A stretch of 64,000 bases of DNA from Bacillota bacterium (GCA_012516125.1 JAAYXB010000010.1:15984-79983); one strand, 5' to 3'; counted from the stretch's first letter, positions 37,319-48,372 are shown. Program-made: numbers and translations. The notes: generated by a model from the letters alone, not told the origin.

Positions 37319-39325
37319 ATGTCTGATATCGCGCTGATCGCACCGTATGAGAATCTCGCCGCGATGGCCCTCGAAGTCTCGCGAAGCATTCGCAAGCCCG
37401 TCAGGGTAGAGCGTGCCCTCCTGGGCGAGGCACCGGAGGTCGCGCGGCGCCTTAAGAAGGAAGGGGTCCAGGTCCTCATCAGCCGCGGCGGGACAGCGCT
37501 CATGCTGCAGGACGCGCCCGACCTGGGCCTGCCGGTAGTCGAGATCCGCGTGACTGCTTACGATGTGGTCCGCGCGGTTGCAAAGGCCCGGCTTTTCGGT
37601 CGCCGCATAGGCATCGTAGGCTTCGAGAACATGGTCCTTGGAGCGAGCACGCTCGGCGAGGCGATGGATGTGGACATAAAGGAGCTCGTCCTGGAACACG
37701 CTCGGGACGCCGACGAGATGGTGCGCGCAGCCCTCCAGGATGGAGTCGATGCCCTGATAGGCGGCGTGATAACTGTGCGAACCGCCGAAAAGCACGGTGT
37801 CAGGGCGGTGCTCATAGAGTCGGGACCGGAAGCCGTGAGGCAGGCCATCGACGAGGCGTCACGGGTCCTGTGGGTCAAGAAGCGTGAGATGGCGCGGGCA
37901 GAGCAATTCAAGCTCATCATCGATAACGTGTCCGACGGTATCATCGCCGTCGATGATACCGGACACATCACCGTCTTCAACGAGGCAGCCCAGCGGTTGA
38001 CCGGCCGCGCCGCGGGCGATGTCGTAGGACGTCACGTGAATGACGTGCTGCCTGAGATCGGTTTCGCAAGAACCCTCGCGGCCGCCTCCTCGCCGTCAGG
38101 CTCTCCGCCCATCTTTCCGTCTGAGTCTGACTCGCAGTCCGCCGCCCCAGAGGTGCGCCGCATAAACAGCACTCTCGTCAACGTGACCCGCGTGCCTATT
38201 GTCGTTGACGGCTCGTGCGTGGGTGCAATCGGCACGTTCCAGGACATCGGCAGGCTTCAGGCGCTCGAAAAGAACCTGCGCAGGAGACTTTACACGCGCG
38301 GCCATGTGGCCCGGTTTACATTCGGCGATATCGTGGGTACGAGTAGCGCGGTCCGGGCTGCTGTTTCAAAGGCGAAGCGCTTCGCGAGCGTTGACTCAAC
38401 AGTTCTAATCCTCGGGGAGACGGGAACCGGCAAGGAACTTTTCGCCCAGAGTATCCACAGTGCAAGCGCCAGGCGTGACGGGCCGTTCGTCGCTGTCAAC
38501 TGCGCCGCGCTCCCGGAAACCCTTTTGGAGAGCGAACTCTTCGGGTACGTCGAAGGCGCGTTCACGGGGGCCAAGCGGGAGGGCAAGCAAGGCCTGTTCG
38601 AGCTGGCCCATCACGGGACGATTTTCCTGGACGAGATCGCAGGCATGCCTTTGCGGCTCCAGGCCCGCCTCCTCAGGGTCCTTCAGGAGAGGGAGGTGAT
38701 GCGGCTCGGGGACGACCGCACGATCCCGGTTGACGTCCGCGTCATCGCCGCTTCTAACAAGGACCTCCGCAGCCTCGTTGCGGACGGCCTCTTCCAGGCG
38801 GATCTGTACTACCGACTGGATGTCCTCAAGCTGGTGGTACCCCCGCTACGCGACCGGCCGGAGGACATACCCCTTCTCGCGAACGCGTTCGCGGAGACCC
38901 TGTCGCGCAAGCTCGGCACGGCGTTTCGCGGCTTCGCCGACGACGCGCTGGCTATCCTTTCAGCTCACGCGTGGCCTGGCAACGTCAGGGAACTGAAGAA
39001 TACTGTGGAGAAGTGCCTCGTGCTTTCGGAGAGCGGGATCATCACGCGAAGCGAAGTGGTCGACGCCATGGGCGATCCCCCTAACATAGGTACAGGCGAT
39101 ACAGCCGACCCTTCACATGGCGGCGCCGAGCCAGATCTCGAGAGCCTCGTGAGGGCGGCAGAACGCGAGAGCATCGCCCGTGCTCTGAAGGCATGCGGAG
39201 GGAACAGGAGTGAAGCCGCCCGTCGCCTTGGAATCGACCGGACCACGTTGTGGCGCAAGCTCCGCCGGAGCGAGGGCGTGCCGCAGCGGCGAAGGGCGCG
39301 CCGACAAAACGGCGGGGCGTCATGA
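37319..39325 (+). CDS. Sigma54-dependent enhancer-binding protein (PrpR_N, PAS, AAA+, Fis HTH)
   Basis: [61 protein letters not shown]. Confidence 0.95.
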   Translation: MSDIALIAPYENLAAMALEVSRSIRKPVRVERALLGEAPEVARRLKKEGVQVLISRGGTALMLQDAPDLGLPVVEIRVTAYDVVRAVAKARLFGRRIGIVGFENMVLGASTLGEAMDVDIKELVLEHARDADEMVRAALQDGVDALIGGVITVRTAEKHGVRAVLIESGPEAVRQAIDEASRVLWVKKREMARAEQFKLIIDNVSDGIIAVDDTGHITVFNEAAQRLTGRAAGDVVGRHVNDVLPEIGFARTLAAASSPSGSPPIFPSESDSQSAAPEVRRINSTLVNVTRVPIVVDGSCVGAIGTFQDIGRLQALEKNLRRRLYTRGHVARFTFGDIVGTSSAVRAAVSKAKRFASVDSTVLILGETGTGKELFAQSIHSASARRDGPFVAVNCAALPETLLESELFGYVEGAFTGAKREGKQGLFELAHHGTIFLDEIAGMPLRLQARLLRVLQEREVMRLGDDRTIPVDVRVIAASNKDLRSLVADGLFQADLYYRLDVLKLVVPPLRDRPEDIPLLANAFAETLSRKLGTAFRGFADDALAILSAHAWPGNVRELKNTVEKCLVLSESGIITRSEVVDAMGDPPNIGTGDTADPSHGGAEPDLESLVRAAERESIARALKACGGNRSEAARRLGIDRTTLWRKLRRSEGVPQRRRARRQNGGAS

Positions 39326-39534
39326 ATCACATGCCCCCCGCTATTCATCCTATTCATGTCATTCCGGTTCACCATATTCCGGCCGTGCATTCGCATTCTC
39401 ACCTACGGACGGATGGACGACAGGTATCGTGTGCCATGTCCGCCGAGTGTGCGCTCAGACGGCCCATTACAGGAGGCTCTTCGCCGGCCCCATACCTGGC
39501 CCCCTGTCCGGGCACTACCTGGCCCCCCACCTGA
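39322..39534 (+). CDS. Possible His-rich small ORF (70 aa) coupled to the activator stop
   Basis: ATGA overlap; [27 protein letters not shown] (8 His in 27 aa). Confidence 0.3.
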   Translation: MNHMPPAIHPIHVIPVHHIPAVHSHSHLRTDGRQVSCAMSAECALRRPITGGSSPAPYLAPCPGTTWPPT

Positions 39535-39608
39535 CTCCATACCCGAGCGCCCGGCGGTTCGGCCGCCCGCCGACAGCCGCCTGGCCGGCTGCACGTTGTG
39601 AGCGTCGC

Positions 39609-39660
39609 ATGTTGCAGGTGTGGCGCATACGCAACACTGGTGTTGCAATGCTGCCACCGA
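39609..39660 (+). promoter_or_regulatory. Upstream activator sites for the enhancer-binding protein
   Basis: Inverted pair GTGGCGCATACGCAACAC / GTGTTGCAATGCTGCCAC about 100 bp before the -24/-12 site. Confidence 0.5.
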
Positions 39661-39733
39661 CTCGCCGCCGTCGTGTTTGCCCGGCGGTGTCGCTTCCACG
39701 TCCCCGGCCAGCGTGGGGCGGTTTGAGCCATGT

Positions 39734-39749
39734 TGGCATGCCATTTGCT
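39734..39749 (+). promoter_or_regulatory. Sigma54 -24/-12 promoter
   Basis: TGGCAT-GCCAT-TTGCT with correct GG-N10-GC spacing. Confidence 0.85.
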
Positions 39750-39915
39750 GTCCCTGCTCACCAGTCACAGCGATCAGAGGGGCAGCTCTCCAGACCGGCG
39801 TCTTGCTCCCATGCCGGCTATCACGTGATACTTATGCATCGCACCCATACATAGCCGTACAGTGTGGTAGCACCGCACCACTGTTCAACCCTGTTGAAGG
39901 CGAGGTGGCGTCCTC

Positions 39916-41199
39916 GTGGTTCTTGACTTGAAGTACGGTAGATCCCGCGTCCCCCTCGACCTGGACAGGCTCCGGAACACACAGGTGTTGACGGGCCGCG
40001 AGGCCGAGCCGCTCTCTGACCTTCGAGGTGAGGTCCTTTCCAGGCTCAGACGCCCAACGGGCACCCGCAGCTTGCTCGACGAGGTCAGGCGCAAGCACGC
40101 CCGGAAGGTTGTCATCATCGTCAACGACATCACGAGACCGACGCCGTACGCTGACATCTTGCCGCCCATTCTGGACGAACTCCGGGAGGCGGGCATAGCC
40201 GACACCGACGTGACGTTCGTGGTCGCCACCGGGATACACCGGGGAATGACTAACGAGGAACTGCGGCTGATGCTAGGAGACGAGGTCTACGATACGTACG
40301 ATGTCCGAAATCACGATTGCGACGACGACGCCAACCTGGTCGATCTCGGCCGACTCCGCTTCGGCACAGAACTTTATGTCAACCGCGCCGTCCTCCAGGC
40401 CGATTTCGTCATAGCCACCGGAGTCGTTTCCCCTCACTACTTCGCCGGGTTCTCCGGCGGCCGCAAGGCGATCCTGCCAGGCGTGTCAGGCCGGGGCACC
40501 ATCTCTCACAATCACTCACTCATGACTTCCGAGGCGGCCGCTGTCTGCAACCTCGACGGCAATCCGGTCCACATCGAGATGGTCGAGGCCGCCCGCATGG
40601 CCGGCGTGGACTTCATCGTGAACACGGTCACGGACGGAGTCGGGAAGATCGCGGCGGTCGTCGCAGGAGACGTTGAGAAAGCGTGGCTCGAAGGTGTAAG
40701 GATCTGCTCGCATTTCGTCGTCGCCCCCATAGACCGACAGGTCGACGTAGCGATCGCAAGCGCCGGCGGATTCCCAAAGGATATCAACATCTATCAGGCG
40801 CAAAAAGCCATCGACAACGCCGAGCGTGCCGTAAAGAAGGGCGGCACCATCGTGCTCCTCGCTGAGTGCCCGGAAGGATGTGGGGAACCGACCTTTGAGA
40901 GCTGGATGACAGGCGCAAGAAGCCTGGATGATATATTCCGTCGCTTCGCCGCCGGATTCGAGCTTGGTGGGCACAAGGCCTATAGCCTGGCTCGAGTCCT
41001 GCGGGATAAGGAGGTCATCCTGGTCTCAGCCCTCGATGAGGCTTACGTAAGAAACCTATTCCTCACCCCAGCCCCGGACCTCAACAACGCTCTTCACCTT
41101 GTCGAATCAAGACATGGCAAAACGTACGAGTCGACCGTCATGCCCTCTGCGGGAGTCGTGGTTCCAGTTCCAGGAGGTGGTGCCGTGGAAGATATTTAG
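39916..41199 (+). CDS. larA: LarA-family nickel-pincer racemase/epimerase
   Basis: IIVNDITRPTP, VATGIHR, HDC, PHYFAGFSGGRKAILPG, NIYQAQKA, GGHKA. Confidence 0.9.
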   Translation: MVLDLKYGRSRVPLDLDRLRNTQVLTGREAEPLSDLRGEVLSRLRRPTGTRSLLDEVRRKHARKVVIIVNDITRPTPYADILPPILDELREAGIADTDVTFVVATGIHRGMTNEELRLMLGDEVYDTYDVRNHDCDDDANLVDLGRLRFGTELYVNRAVLQADFVIATGVVSPHYFAGFSGGRKAILPGVSGRGTISHNHSLMTSEAAAVCNLDGNPVHIEMVEAARMAGVDFIVNTVTDGVGKIAAVVAGDVEKAWLEGVRICSHFVVAPIDRQVDVAIASAGGFPKDINIYQAQKAIDNAERAVKKGGTIVLLAECPEGCGEPTFESWMTGARSLDDIFRRFAAGFELGGHKAYSLARVLRDKEVILVSALDEAYVRNLFLTPAPDLNNALHLVESRHGKTYESTVMPSAGVVVPVPGGGAVEDI

Positions 41200-41282
41200 T
41201 AACGGGGTATTGCTTTTCGTCTGAATGTATATGCGCTACCGGAGACATCGCGAGCACGAAAAATCGCAGGGAGGTAGGGTGA

Positions 41283-42254
41283 ATGCGAAAGCGCGTTGTG
41301 ACGAGGATCGTTGCCGTATGCGTGGTTCTGTCATTGGCCCTCATCGGTCTATCTGCGTCTGCGGCTCCGAAGTTTCCCGAGAAACCGATAAACTACATCA
41401 TTTGCTTCAACCCCGGCGGAGAATCCGACCTCACGGCCCGCCTGCAACAGCCATTCCTTGAGGAGGTCCTGGGCGTAAAGGTGGTCATCTCCTACAAGAT
41501 CGGCGGTGGTGGGTCCGTGGGTTGGTCGGAGCTCGTGCGGTCGAAGCCGGACGGGTACACGATCGCAGGAGACAACCTTCCCCACACCGTATTACAGCCG
41601 CTGCAGCGCGGGGACGCAGGCTACAAGACCGAGGATCTGAAGCGTGTCTACTGTTTTGAGAGCACGCCCAATGCTCTCGTAGTGAGGAAGGAAAGCCCAT
41701 TCAAGACTCTCAAGGATTTCACAGAGTACGCAAAGGCTCACCCTGAGGTCGTCACGGTCGGCGGCAGCGGAAGCTGGTCCGCGAACCACCTCGGCACCAT
41801 CGAGCTGGAACAGCTTGCCGGCATCAAGCTGACCTACATTCCGTTCACTGGATCGGGGTCCGCAGTCCCAGCGTTGCTGGGGGGCCATGTATCGGCACTG
41901 ATGACCTACACCACAATGGCGGCACAGTACAGGGACCAGATGAGGGTCCTCGCCGTAGCCGCAGAAAAGCGCTCGCCCGCTCTTCCGGACGCACCCACGT
42001 TCAAGGAACTCGGCTACGACCTGGTCGAAGGCGCATATCGCGGTGTTTCCGCGCCTCCCGGGACTCCTGACGAGATCGTGAAGGCGCTGGCGGACGCCTT
42101 CGATAAGGTCAATCGCAACCCCGAGTTCGTCAAGAAGATGCACGAGATGGCCTTCGATCTCGAGTTCATGGGGCCCGAAGAATACCACAAGTTCGTGGCT
42201 GACCGACAAGCCTACTACGCAAAGCTGCTGAAGGACATGGGCGTTATCAAGTAG
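41283..42254 (+). CDS. tctC: Tripartite tricarboxylate transporter substrate-binding protein
   Basis: Signal peptide; PGGESDLTAR, KPDGYT, YIPFTGSG..ALLGGHV, PDAPTFKELG. Confidence 0.92.
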   Translation: MRKRVVTRIVAVCVVLSLALIGLSASAAPKFPEKPINYIICFNPGGESDLTARLQQPFLEEVLGVKVVISYKIGGGGSVGWSELVRSKPDGYTIAGDNLPHTVLQPLQRGDAGYKTEDLKRVYCFESTPNALVVRKESPFKTLKDFTEYAKAHPEVVTVGGSGSWSANHLGTIELEQLAGIKLTYIPFTGSGSAVPALLGGHVSALMTYTTMAAQYRDQMRVLAVAAEKRSPALPDAPTFKELGYDLVEGAYRGVSAPPGTPDEIVKALADAFDKVNRNPEFVKKMHEMAFDLEFMGPEEYHKFVADRQAYYAKLLKDMGVIK

Positions 42255-42602
42255 GGACCTCACGAGTCTCGACCAGGTTGGTAGCGGCGTGGCGGCGCAC
42301 TGCGGCAGCATGGCGGCGGCGCCGGCTCCCTGTGGCGTGTAGTATGGGCAGGCAGGGGTCTGGGTTCAGGCCGGTGCAGGAGCGGGGGCCTGAGCCGGGC
42401 TGATGCTAAGTCCGGGACTGGAGCTAAGGCGTTGTCTGGGGCTGGAGCCGGAGCGGGAGTAGGCCTGTGGACTGTGGCTCGGATCGAGGCCGGACGGCCG
42501 GTTACCGGTTAAGTCGGCCTCTCGCGCCCGCGCCGGCCTCGCCCCAGTACCGCCGCCACGCCGCGACCGCCAAGCTCGCGCCGCGCGATGGGAGGGTGAT
42601 AT

Positions 42603-44120
42603 ATGGACGCCTTACTCAGCGGAATCTCACAGGTTCTGACGCTAAATAACCTCCTTCTCATGTTGGGAGGCACGTTGGCCGGTCTTATGGCCGGCGCGCT
42701 TCCGGGCCTTACCGCCACGATGGCTGTGGCTCTCATACTCCCTTTCACGTTTACGATGTCGCCTGTGTCCGGTCTTGCAACCATGGGCGCTATATACATG
42801 GCAGCGATATACGGCGGGAGTTTCTCGGCAATACTCGTTAACACTCCCGGCACCCCGTCTTCTATAGGAACGACGTTCGACGGTTACCCGATGGCCAAGG
42901 CCGGGCGAGGCCAGGAGCCCATAGTCGTGGCCACCGTCGCTTCTGTAATAGGAGGCCTTTTCGGCGTGGCGGTACTCGCGTTCCTTGCGCCGCCGCTCGC
43001 AAGGGTCGCACTGAAGTTCGGGCCGCCTGAATACTTCTGGGTGAGCGTCTTCGGTCTCAGCATAATAGCGAGCCTGGCATCGAAATCACTCCTGAAAGGG
43101 CTCATCGGCGGCATGTTCGGCCTCCTCGTCAGCACCATAGGTATAGCCCCCATCGGCGGTGATGTGAGGTTTACGTTCGGTCAACCGTCGATGCAGGGTG
43201 GAATCGAGCTTGTCGGAGCGCTCATCGGGTTGTTCTGCATACCTGAGGTCCTGTCACTGATGCGTCAGGGGAGTAAGGCATATGAAAGTGTCCGCGTTGA
43301 GAAGCGCCGCGGAGTCATCTGGGAGACAGCCACGAAGGTCCTTGCCATGCCAGGGAACCTCTTGCGGTCCAGCGTGATCGGAACGGTCGTCGGCATCATA
43401 CCCGGTGCCGGGGGCAATATCGCCAACCTCGTGGCCTACAACGAGGCCCAGCGTGCGTCCAAGTACCCCGAGAGGTTCGGAACAGGGATCATCGATGGAG
43501 TCGTGGCGACAGAAGCCGCCAACAACGCCACGGTTGGAGGCGGGCTCGTTCCCCTTCTGACTCTTGGAGTTCCGGGAACACCCGTTGACGCGGTCATCTA
43601 CGGAGCACTCTTGATCCAGGGCCTAAGGCCTGGTCCCGAGCTCTTCACCGTGCATGCCGACATAACGTATGGGTTCATCTTCTCGCTCTTCATCGCGACC
43701 CTGATGATGCTCGTAGTGGGTCTGGTGATGGGTACGGCGCTTCACCGCCTCGTCTCGCGCTTGCCACTTAGGTACCTCGTCCCGTCCATAGTGTTCCTGA
43801 GCATTCTTGGCTCGTACGCCATAAGGAATAACATGACGGACGTCGGCGTGATGCTTGCCTGCGGGTTTGCAGGATATCTCCTGAAGCAGCTGGGCTTCCA
43901 TCCCGGCCCGATAGTCCTAGGTCTCATCTTGGGTCCACTTGCAGAGGAAGGCTTCGTGCAGGCGACTCTGATGGCCAAGGCCCTGCCTGTTCCGTGGCTC
44001 ATATTCTTTACCCGCCCGATATCGATCGTCCTCATCGTGATGACCGTCGTATCACTCGTCTGGCCGCTCCTCTCCGGAGGGCGCAAGCTGAGGAAGGAGG
44101 CGGGTATCGGTGCTCAATAG
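42603..44120 (+). CDS. tctA: Tripartite tricarboxylate transporter large permease
   Basis: GALPGLTATM, YGGSFSAILVNTPGTP, EAANNA, LTLGVPG. Confidence 0.95.
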   Translation: MDALLSGISQVLTLNNLLLMLGGTLAGLMAGALPGLTATMAVALILPFTFTMSPVSGLATMGAIYMAAIYGGSFSAILVNTPGTPSSIGTTFDGYPMAKAGRGQEPIVVATVASVIGGLFGVAVLAFLAPPLARVALKFGPPEYFWVSVFGLSIIASLASKSLLKGLIGGMFGLLVSTIGIAPIGGDVRFTFGQPSMQGGIELVGALIGLFCIPEVLSLMRQGSKAYESVRVEKRRGVIWETATKVLAMPGNLLRSSVIGTVVGIIPGAGGNIANLVAYNEAQRASKYPERFGTGIIDGVVATEAANNATVGGGLVPLLTLGVPGTPVDAVIYGALLIQGLRPGPELFTVHADITYGFIFSLFIATLMMLVVGLVMGTALHRLVSRLPLRYLVPSIVFLSILGSYAIRNNMTDVGVMLACGFAGYLLKQLGFHPGPIVLGLILGPLAEEGFVQATLMAKALPVPWLIFFTRPISIVLIVMTVVSLVWPLLSGGRKLRKEAGIGAQ

Positions 44121-44550
44121 TGACAGGATCGCGGCTATCTTGATGCTCCTGGTCGCACTTGTATTCGGTACGCAGATGGGTAACCTCACGAATTTCGGGA
44201 TCGTGTTTCCGAGGGCCGTCATCATCGTGCTTGCCGTCTCCTCGGCCGCGCTCCTCATGAAGAGCTGGGCAGGACGCGGAGGCGGGGAAGCGGTGGATGT
44301 CCGCGGTATGCAGACGGTTGCGGTCGCGGCCGCCCTGATGGTGGTTTGGGTGTTCCTCATCCCGTACCTAGGATTCTATGTGTCTTCGGTTCTTACATGC
44401 CTCTTCATGATGGCGCTCGTGGACGGTGCAGCGCGAAAACCAAGGACGCTCATAACATCGCTCGCAATAATCGCGCTAGAGGTGGCCGCCTTTTACATTG
44501 TCTTCGCAAAGCTCTTGGTCGTGCCGTTGCCTAAGGGGATCCTCTTCTGA
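44110..44550 (+). CDS. tctB: Tripartite tricarboxylate transporter small permease
   Basis: Four TM helices, FP motif, C-terminal LLVVPLPKG. Confidence 0.88.
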   Translation: MLNSDRIAAILMLLVALVFGTQMGNLTNFGIVFPRAVIIVLAVSSAALLMKSWAGRGGGEAVDVRGMQTVAVAAALMVVWVFLIPYLGFYVSSVLTCLFMMALVDGAARKPRTLITSLAIIALEVAAFYIVFAKLLVVPLPKGILF

Positions 44551-44605
44551 AGGGCGGCCAATAGGACGCAACCGCCTGCGTGCGCTATATGATTGGAGGG
44601 CTTGT

Positions 44606-45688
44606 ATGGACAAGGTAAGTGTGGCTGTCATTCCAGGGGACGGAATCGGACCCGAGGTCACCCGGGAGGCTGTGAAGGTACTGAGGGCCGCCTCGGAAGT
44701 TCACGGAGGCGTCGTATTCGGCTTTACGGAGTACCCATGGAGTTGCGAATACTACCTGCGCAACGGCAGAATGATGGACGAGCACGGCCTCGACGTGCTC
44801 CGGGACCATGACGCGATTTTACTCGGCGCGGTCGGAGCCCCGGGCCTCGTTCCTGACCACGTCTCGCTCTGGGGTCTCCTGCTGCCCATCCGAAAATCCT
44901 TCGACCAGTACGTGAACCTCCGGCCCATCAAGCTGCTCCGCGGCGTGCCAGGACGGCTCATAGGCAAAGGCCCCGAGGATATCGACTTCGTGGTGATCCG
45001 CGAGAACACAGAGGGTGAGTACTCGGGAGTCGGAGGCAGAGTCCATGTCGGGACGCCGTTCGAGGTTGCGATCCAGAGCAACGTGTTCACGCGCCAGGGG
45101 ACGGAGCGGGTCATGAGATACGCCTTCGACTTGGCGAGAAAGAGACAAAAGGCAAGGCGCGTCGTGTCCGTGACTAAATCCAACGCCTGCAACTACAGCA
45201 TGGTCTTCTGGGATGAGGTCTTCCACGCCGTAGCGAAGGACTATCCTGATGTCGAGGCAGTGCAGGTCCATGTGGACGCAGCAGCCATGTATGTAATCAC
45301 GAAGCCCGAGTGGTTCGACGTGGTGGTCGCCACGAACCTCTTCGGGGACATCCTGACGGACGAGGGCGCGGCGATCCAGGGCAGCATCGGCCTCGCAGCG
45401 GGCGCCAACCTGAACCCGGAGAGGAAGTACCCGTCAATGTTCGAGCCCATACACGGCTCGGCGCCTGATATCGCCGGGAAGGGGATAGCAAACCCCATCG
45501 CGACGATATGGGCGGCTGCCATGATGCTGGACTTCCTCGGGTACGAGGACATGGGCAGCCTCGTCATCTCGGCTGTTGAGCGGACCCTCCTCGAGGATTC
45601 GCCAAAGCCGGTGGACCTGGGCGGAACCGCCGGCACCTCCGAGGTCGGCGACGCAGTGTGCGAAAGTCTCTACAGGCTAGCTGGCTAG
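44606..45688 (+). CDS. Tartrate / D-malate dehydrogenase (decarboxylating), IDH/IPMDH family
   Basis: IPGDGIGPEV, VPDHVSLWGLLLPIRKSFDQYVNLRP, NLFGDILTD, FEPIHGSAPDIAG. Confidence 0.9.
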   Translation: MDKVSVAVIPGDGIGPEVTREAVKVLRAASEVHGGVVFGFTEYPWSCEYYLRNGRMMDEHGLDVLRDHDAILLGAVGAPGLVPDHVSLWGLLLPIRKSFDQYVNLRPIKLLRGVPGRLIGKGPEDIDFVVIRENTEGEYSGVGGRVHVGTPFEVAIQSNVFTRQGTERVMRYAFDLARKRQKARRVVSVTKSNACNYSMVFWDEVFHAVAKDYPDVEAVQVHVDAAAMYVITKPEWFDVVVATNLFGDILTDEGAAIQGSIGLAAGANLNPERKYPSMFEPIHGSAPDIAGKGIANPIATIWAAAMMLDFLGYEDMGSLVISAVERTLLEDSPKPVDLGGTAGTSEVGDAVCESLYRLAG

Positions 45689-45830
45689 GCCCCCGACGTG
45701 CGCAGCCGGACCTGCCCGAGCCGCGGGCCGCCTGGCTCTGGCTCTGACTCCGGCTCTGCCTCTGACCCTGGCCCCCGGAAAGGCGGCCTTGTTATTGGAG
45801 CCGGCCTTGGCCTCAGCGCCAGCGCCGGCG

Positions 45831-45904
45831 CTAAGTGGGGGTGCAGAAATGCTTCCGACTTTTGGGAGGGGTTGCCGGTGACTCAAAGAGAGAGCGCAAC
45901 ACCG
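45831..45904 (+). mobile_element. Truncated MITE (left half, 74 bp)
   Basis: CTAAGTGGGGGTGCAGAAATGCTTCCGACTTTTGGGAGGGGTTGCCGGTGACTCAAAGAG. Confidence 0.8.
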
Positions 45905-45909
45905 TAGAG

Positions 45910-46851
45910 TCATTGTTCCGCCCTACCAGCGGGTGTCCGGGCCGAGAACACCGAGAAGAGCGATATCCCCATGATCACGAGAATGCCTCCGGTGACCGCG
46001 GTCGCCGGGGGTGTCTCTTTCAGCAGCGCCATCGCCAGCAGAGTGGCACCCACGGGCTCCCCGAGGACGCTCACGGATATGACGGACGCGCTCACGTACC
46101 GGAGGGCCCAGTTGAACACGGTGTGGCCCAAGATGGTGGGGACCGCCGCAAGGGCGAGAAAGAGCACGTAGTCACGGGTTGAATAGGGATAGACGCGCAC
46201 CCTGCCGGCCAAGCACGTGAGGACGAGGACCAGCGAGCACATCCCATAGACGACAAACGCATACGGCGCCACCGAAAGCCTCTGTCTCACTCCCCGGCCC
46301 ACGATGACGTAACCCGCGAACATCAGCGCCGACAGGAGGGCGAGCAGGTCGCCGAAAAGCGCCGATCCCCCGGCGGCCGAATCGCCAAGCCCGATGACGG
46401 CGGACCCGACCACGGCGATGACCGCCCCCGCCACCGCTCCGCCCGCGGCTGACTCGCCGAAGAAGAGGCGGCTGGCAAGCATCACGAAGAGAGGGTGCAT
46501 CGTCACAAGCACGACCGAGCTTGCAACGGACGTGTGAGAAAGAGAAGTCATCCACGCCCCGAAGTGCACTGCGAGGAAGCCGCCTGCAAGGAGCGAAAGG
46601 GCGAGGTCCCGGCGGCCCATCGCCAACATCTCGCGCCCTCCGCGGACCAGTGCGAACGGCGCCAGCATGAGCGTGGCCAGGCCCATTCTCCATGTCGCGA
46701 TGACAAGGGGAGGCGCGGACGACAGGCGCACAAAGACGGACGCCGACGACACGGCCGCGACCCCAAGCCCTATCGCAACCCACGGCGACACAAAGGGCCG
46801 CTCGACGGCCCCTGGTTGAACCGAAGCCTTCATCTCCAGCTCGTTTTCCAT
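45910..46851 (-). CDS. DMT/EamA family transporter
   Basis: Two EamA repeats; TSVASSVVLV, GDLLAL, GEPVGA. Confidence 0.92.
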   Translation of the reverse strand: MENELEMKASVQPGAVERPFVSPWVAIGLGVAAVSSASVFVRLSSAPPLVIATWRMGLATLMLAPFALVRGGREMLAMGRRDLALSLLAGGFLAVHFGAWMTSLSHTSVASSVVLVTMHPLFVMLASRLFFGESAAGGAVAGAVIAVVGSAVIGLGDSAAGGSALFGDLLALLSALMFAGYVIVGRGVRQRLSVAPYAFVVYGMCSLVLVLTCLAGRVRVYPYSTRDYVLFLALAAVPTILGHTVFNWALRYVSASVISVSVLGEPVGATLLAMALLKETPPATAVTGGILVIMGISLFSVFSARTPAGRAEQ

Positions 46852-47291
46852 ATCGTCACCCTATGACCGCACTCCGGGGAGACCTCATCGCCCCAGCCCC
46901 GTCCACGGCCGGCCGCCGGCCAGCCCGGTCCAAGTGGAACGTCACGAGACGGTTGGTTTTCCTCACTTCATGGCGTTGCTGTGCAGTAGAGCCCCGGAAA
47001 GGGGCCGCTGTGCATGGTCGAACTGGCAGCCGCTGGGACAAGCCAACAGCCTCCGTCACAAGTCGCTGCCGCTTTCCCAGACTCTGGGCAACTCGCGGTT
47101 GCCTGCGTTGCGCAGTTGCCAGCGCTCGGCCCCGGGGATGGCGGCCCAGGCAAGGCGCCTTGACGAGATTTCGCCCGCAGGCAGACGGCGAAACTCCGAC
47201 GCCCCCGTAGCGCAAGCACCAGCAACCTGAAACTCCCTGGAAAACCGGTGCGAGCTACTGAGCCTGCCGCACGCAGCGCCTGAACCCACAG

Positions 47292-48044
47292 TTAGCCCAG
47301 GCCGCCGCACGCGGGGCAGTTGGGGTCACGCGCGGCGCTTACCTCCCGCCACGTCGTCGCAAGCCCATCGAACAGGAGCAGCCGTCCGACCAGAGGCTGC
47401 CCCAGCCCAAGGATCACCTTAATGGCCTCGAGGGCCTCGATGCTGCCTACCACGCCCGGCACCGCGCCGATGATCCCGGCCTCCCTGCACGACGGCACCG
47501 CCCCGGGCGGCGGAAGGACGGGGAATATGCACCGGTAACACGGCCCTTTGCCGGGCACCACCGTGAGCACCATGCCATCGAACCTGAGCACCCCCGCCTC
47601 AATCAGGGGCTTGCCCGCCTTCACGCACGCGTCGTTCACGACATACCTGGTCTCAAGGTTGTCAACAGCGTCCACGACCACGTCATACGGCTCGACGAGC
47701 CCGGACACGTTCTCGGACGTGACCGTCATGCAGTGAGGCACCACGTGGACACTGGGGTTCAGGCGCGCAAGCGCCCGTTTCGCCGATTCCACCTTCGCGA
47801 GGCCCAGGTGGTTGACGCCGTGCAGAATCTGCCTCTGAAGGTTGGAGAGGTCCACGACATCGGAATCCACCAACCCGAGGGTGCCTACTCCGGCTGCGGC
47901 AAGATACATGGCCGCCGGGGACCCGAGGCCCCCGGCGCCCACCACCAGCACCTTCGCCACCCGCAGCTTTTCCTGCCCCGCCTCCCCTATCTCCGGAATC
48001 ACAAGCTGCCTGGAATATCGCATCCTCTCTTCATTGGTCAGCAT
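47292..48044 (-). CDS. moeB: MoeB/ThiF family adenylyltransferase
   Basis: RYSRQL, GAGGLGSP, SNLQRQ, DNLETR, PCYRC, C-terminal CPAC. Confidence 0.9.
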   Translation of the reverse strand: MLTNEERMRYSRQLVIPEIGEAGQEKLRVAKVLVVGAGGLGSPAAMYLAAAGVGTLGLVDSDVVDLSNLQRQILHGVNHLGLAKVESAKRALARLNPSVHVVPHCMTVTSENVSGLVEPYDVVVDAVDNLETRYVVNDACVKAGKPLIEAGVLRFDGMVLTVVPGKGPCYRCIFPVLPPPGAVPSCREAGIIGAVPGVVGSIEALEAIKVILGLGQPLVGRLLLFDGLATTWREVSAARDPNCPACGGLG

Positions 48045-48231
48045 CTCTGCATCACCAACCCCTCGCACCAGCCCTGTCGCAGCCTCACGACTGCAGCTTT
48101 GCTAGCGCAGCCTCGCCGCACCCTCGTTTCCGGTATGCCGCCCCACTCGCCGCTCTCCATCCGTTGCCCACGACAGCGGCACAGACCTGGGCTGGACTCA
48201 AGAAAACAGAGGTTAACCGCCCTGACGTGAG

Positions 48232-48372
48232 CCGGGCCGGACTGAGACAAGCCTAACCTGGTCAAGCCAAGCCAGGCCAGGCCAGACTGAGCTGGACTGA
48301 CTTCGGCACAGGAAGGCGGGGCAGGTTGAGGGCGAGCTAAACTAGCCAGGGCTAGAGCGAGCTAAGCTCGGT
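48232..48372. repeat. Low-complexity pentamer-periodic tract (GCCAG/ACTGA/GCTAA)
   Basis: GCCAAGCCAGGCCAGGCCAGACTGAGCTGGACTGA etc. Confidence 0.5.

Noticed and set aside
46860-47290. MoaD/ThiS sulfur carrier next to moeB
   Set aside because: No ORF ending in Gly-Gly or with a ubiquitin-like pattern.
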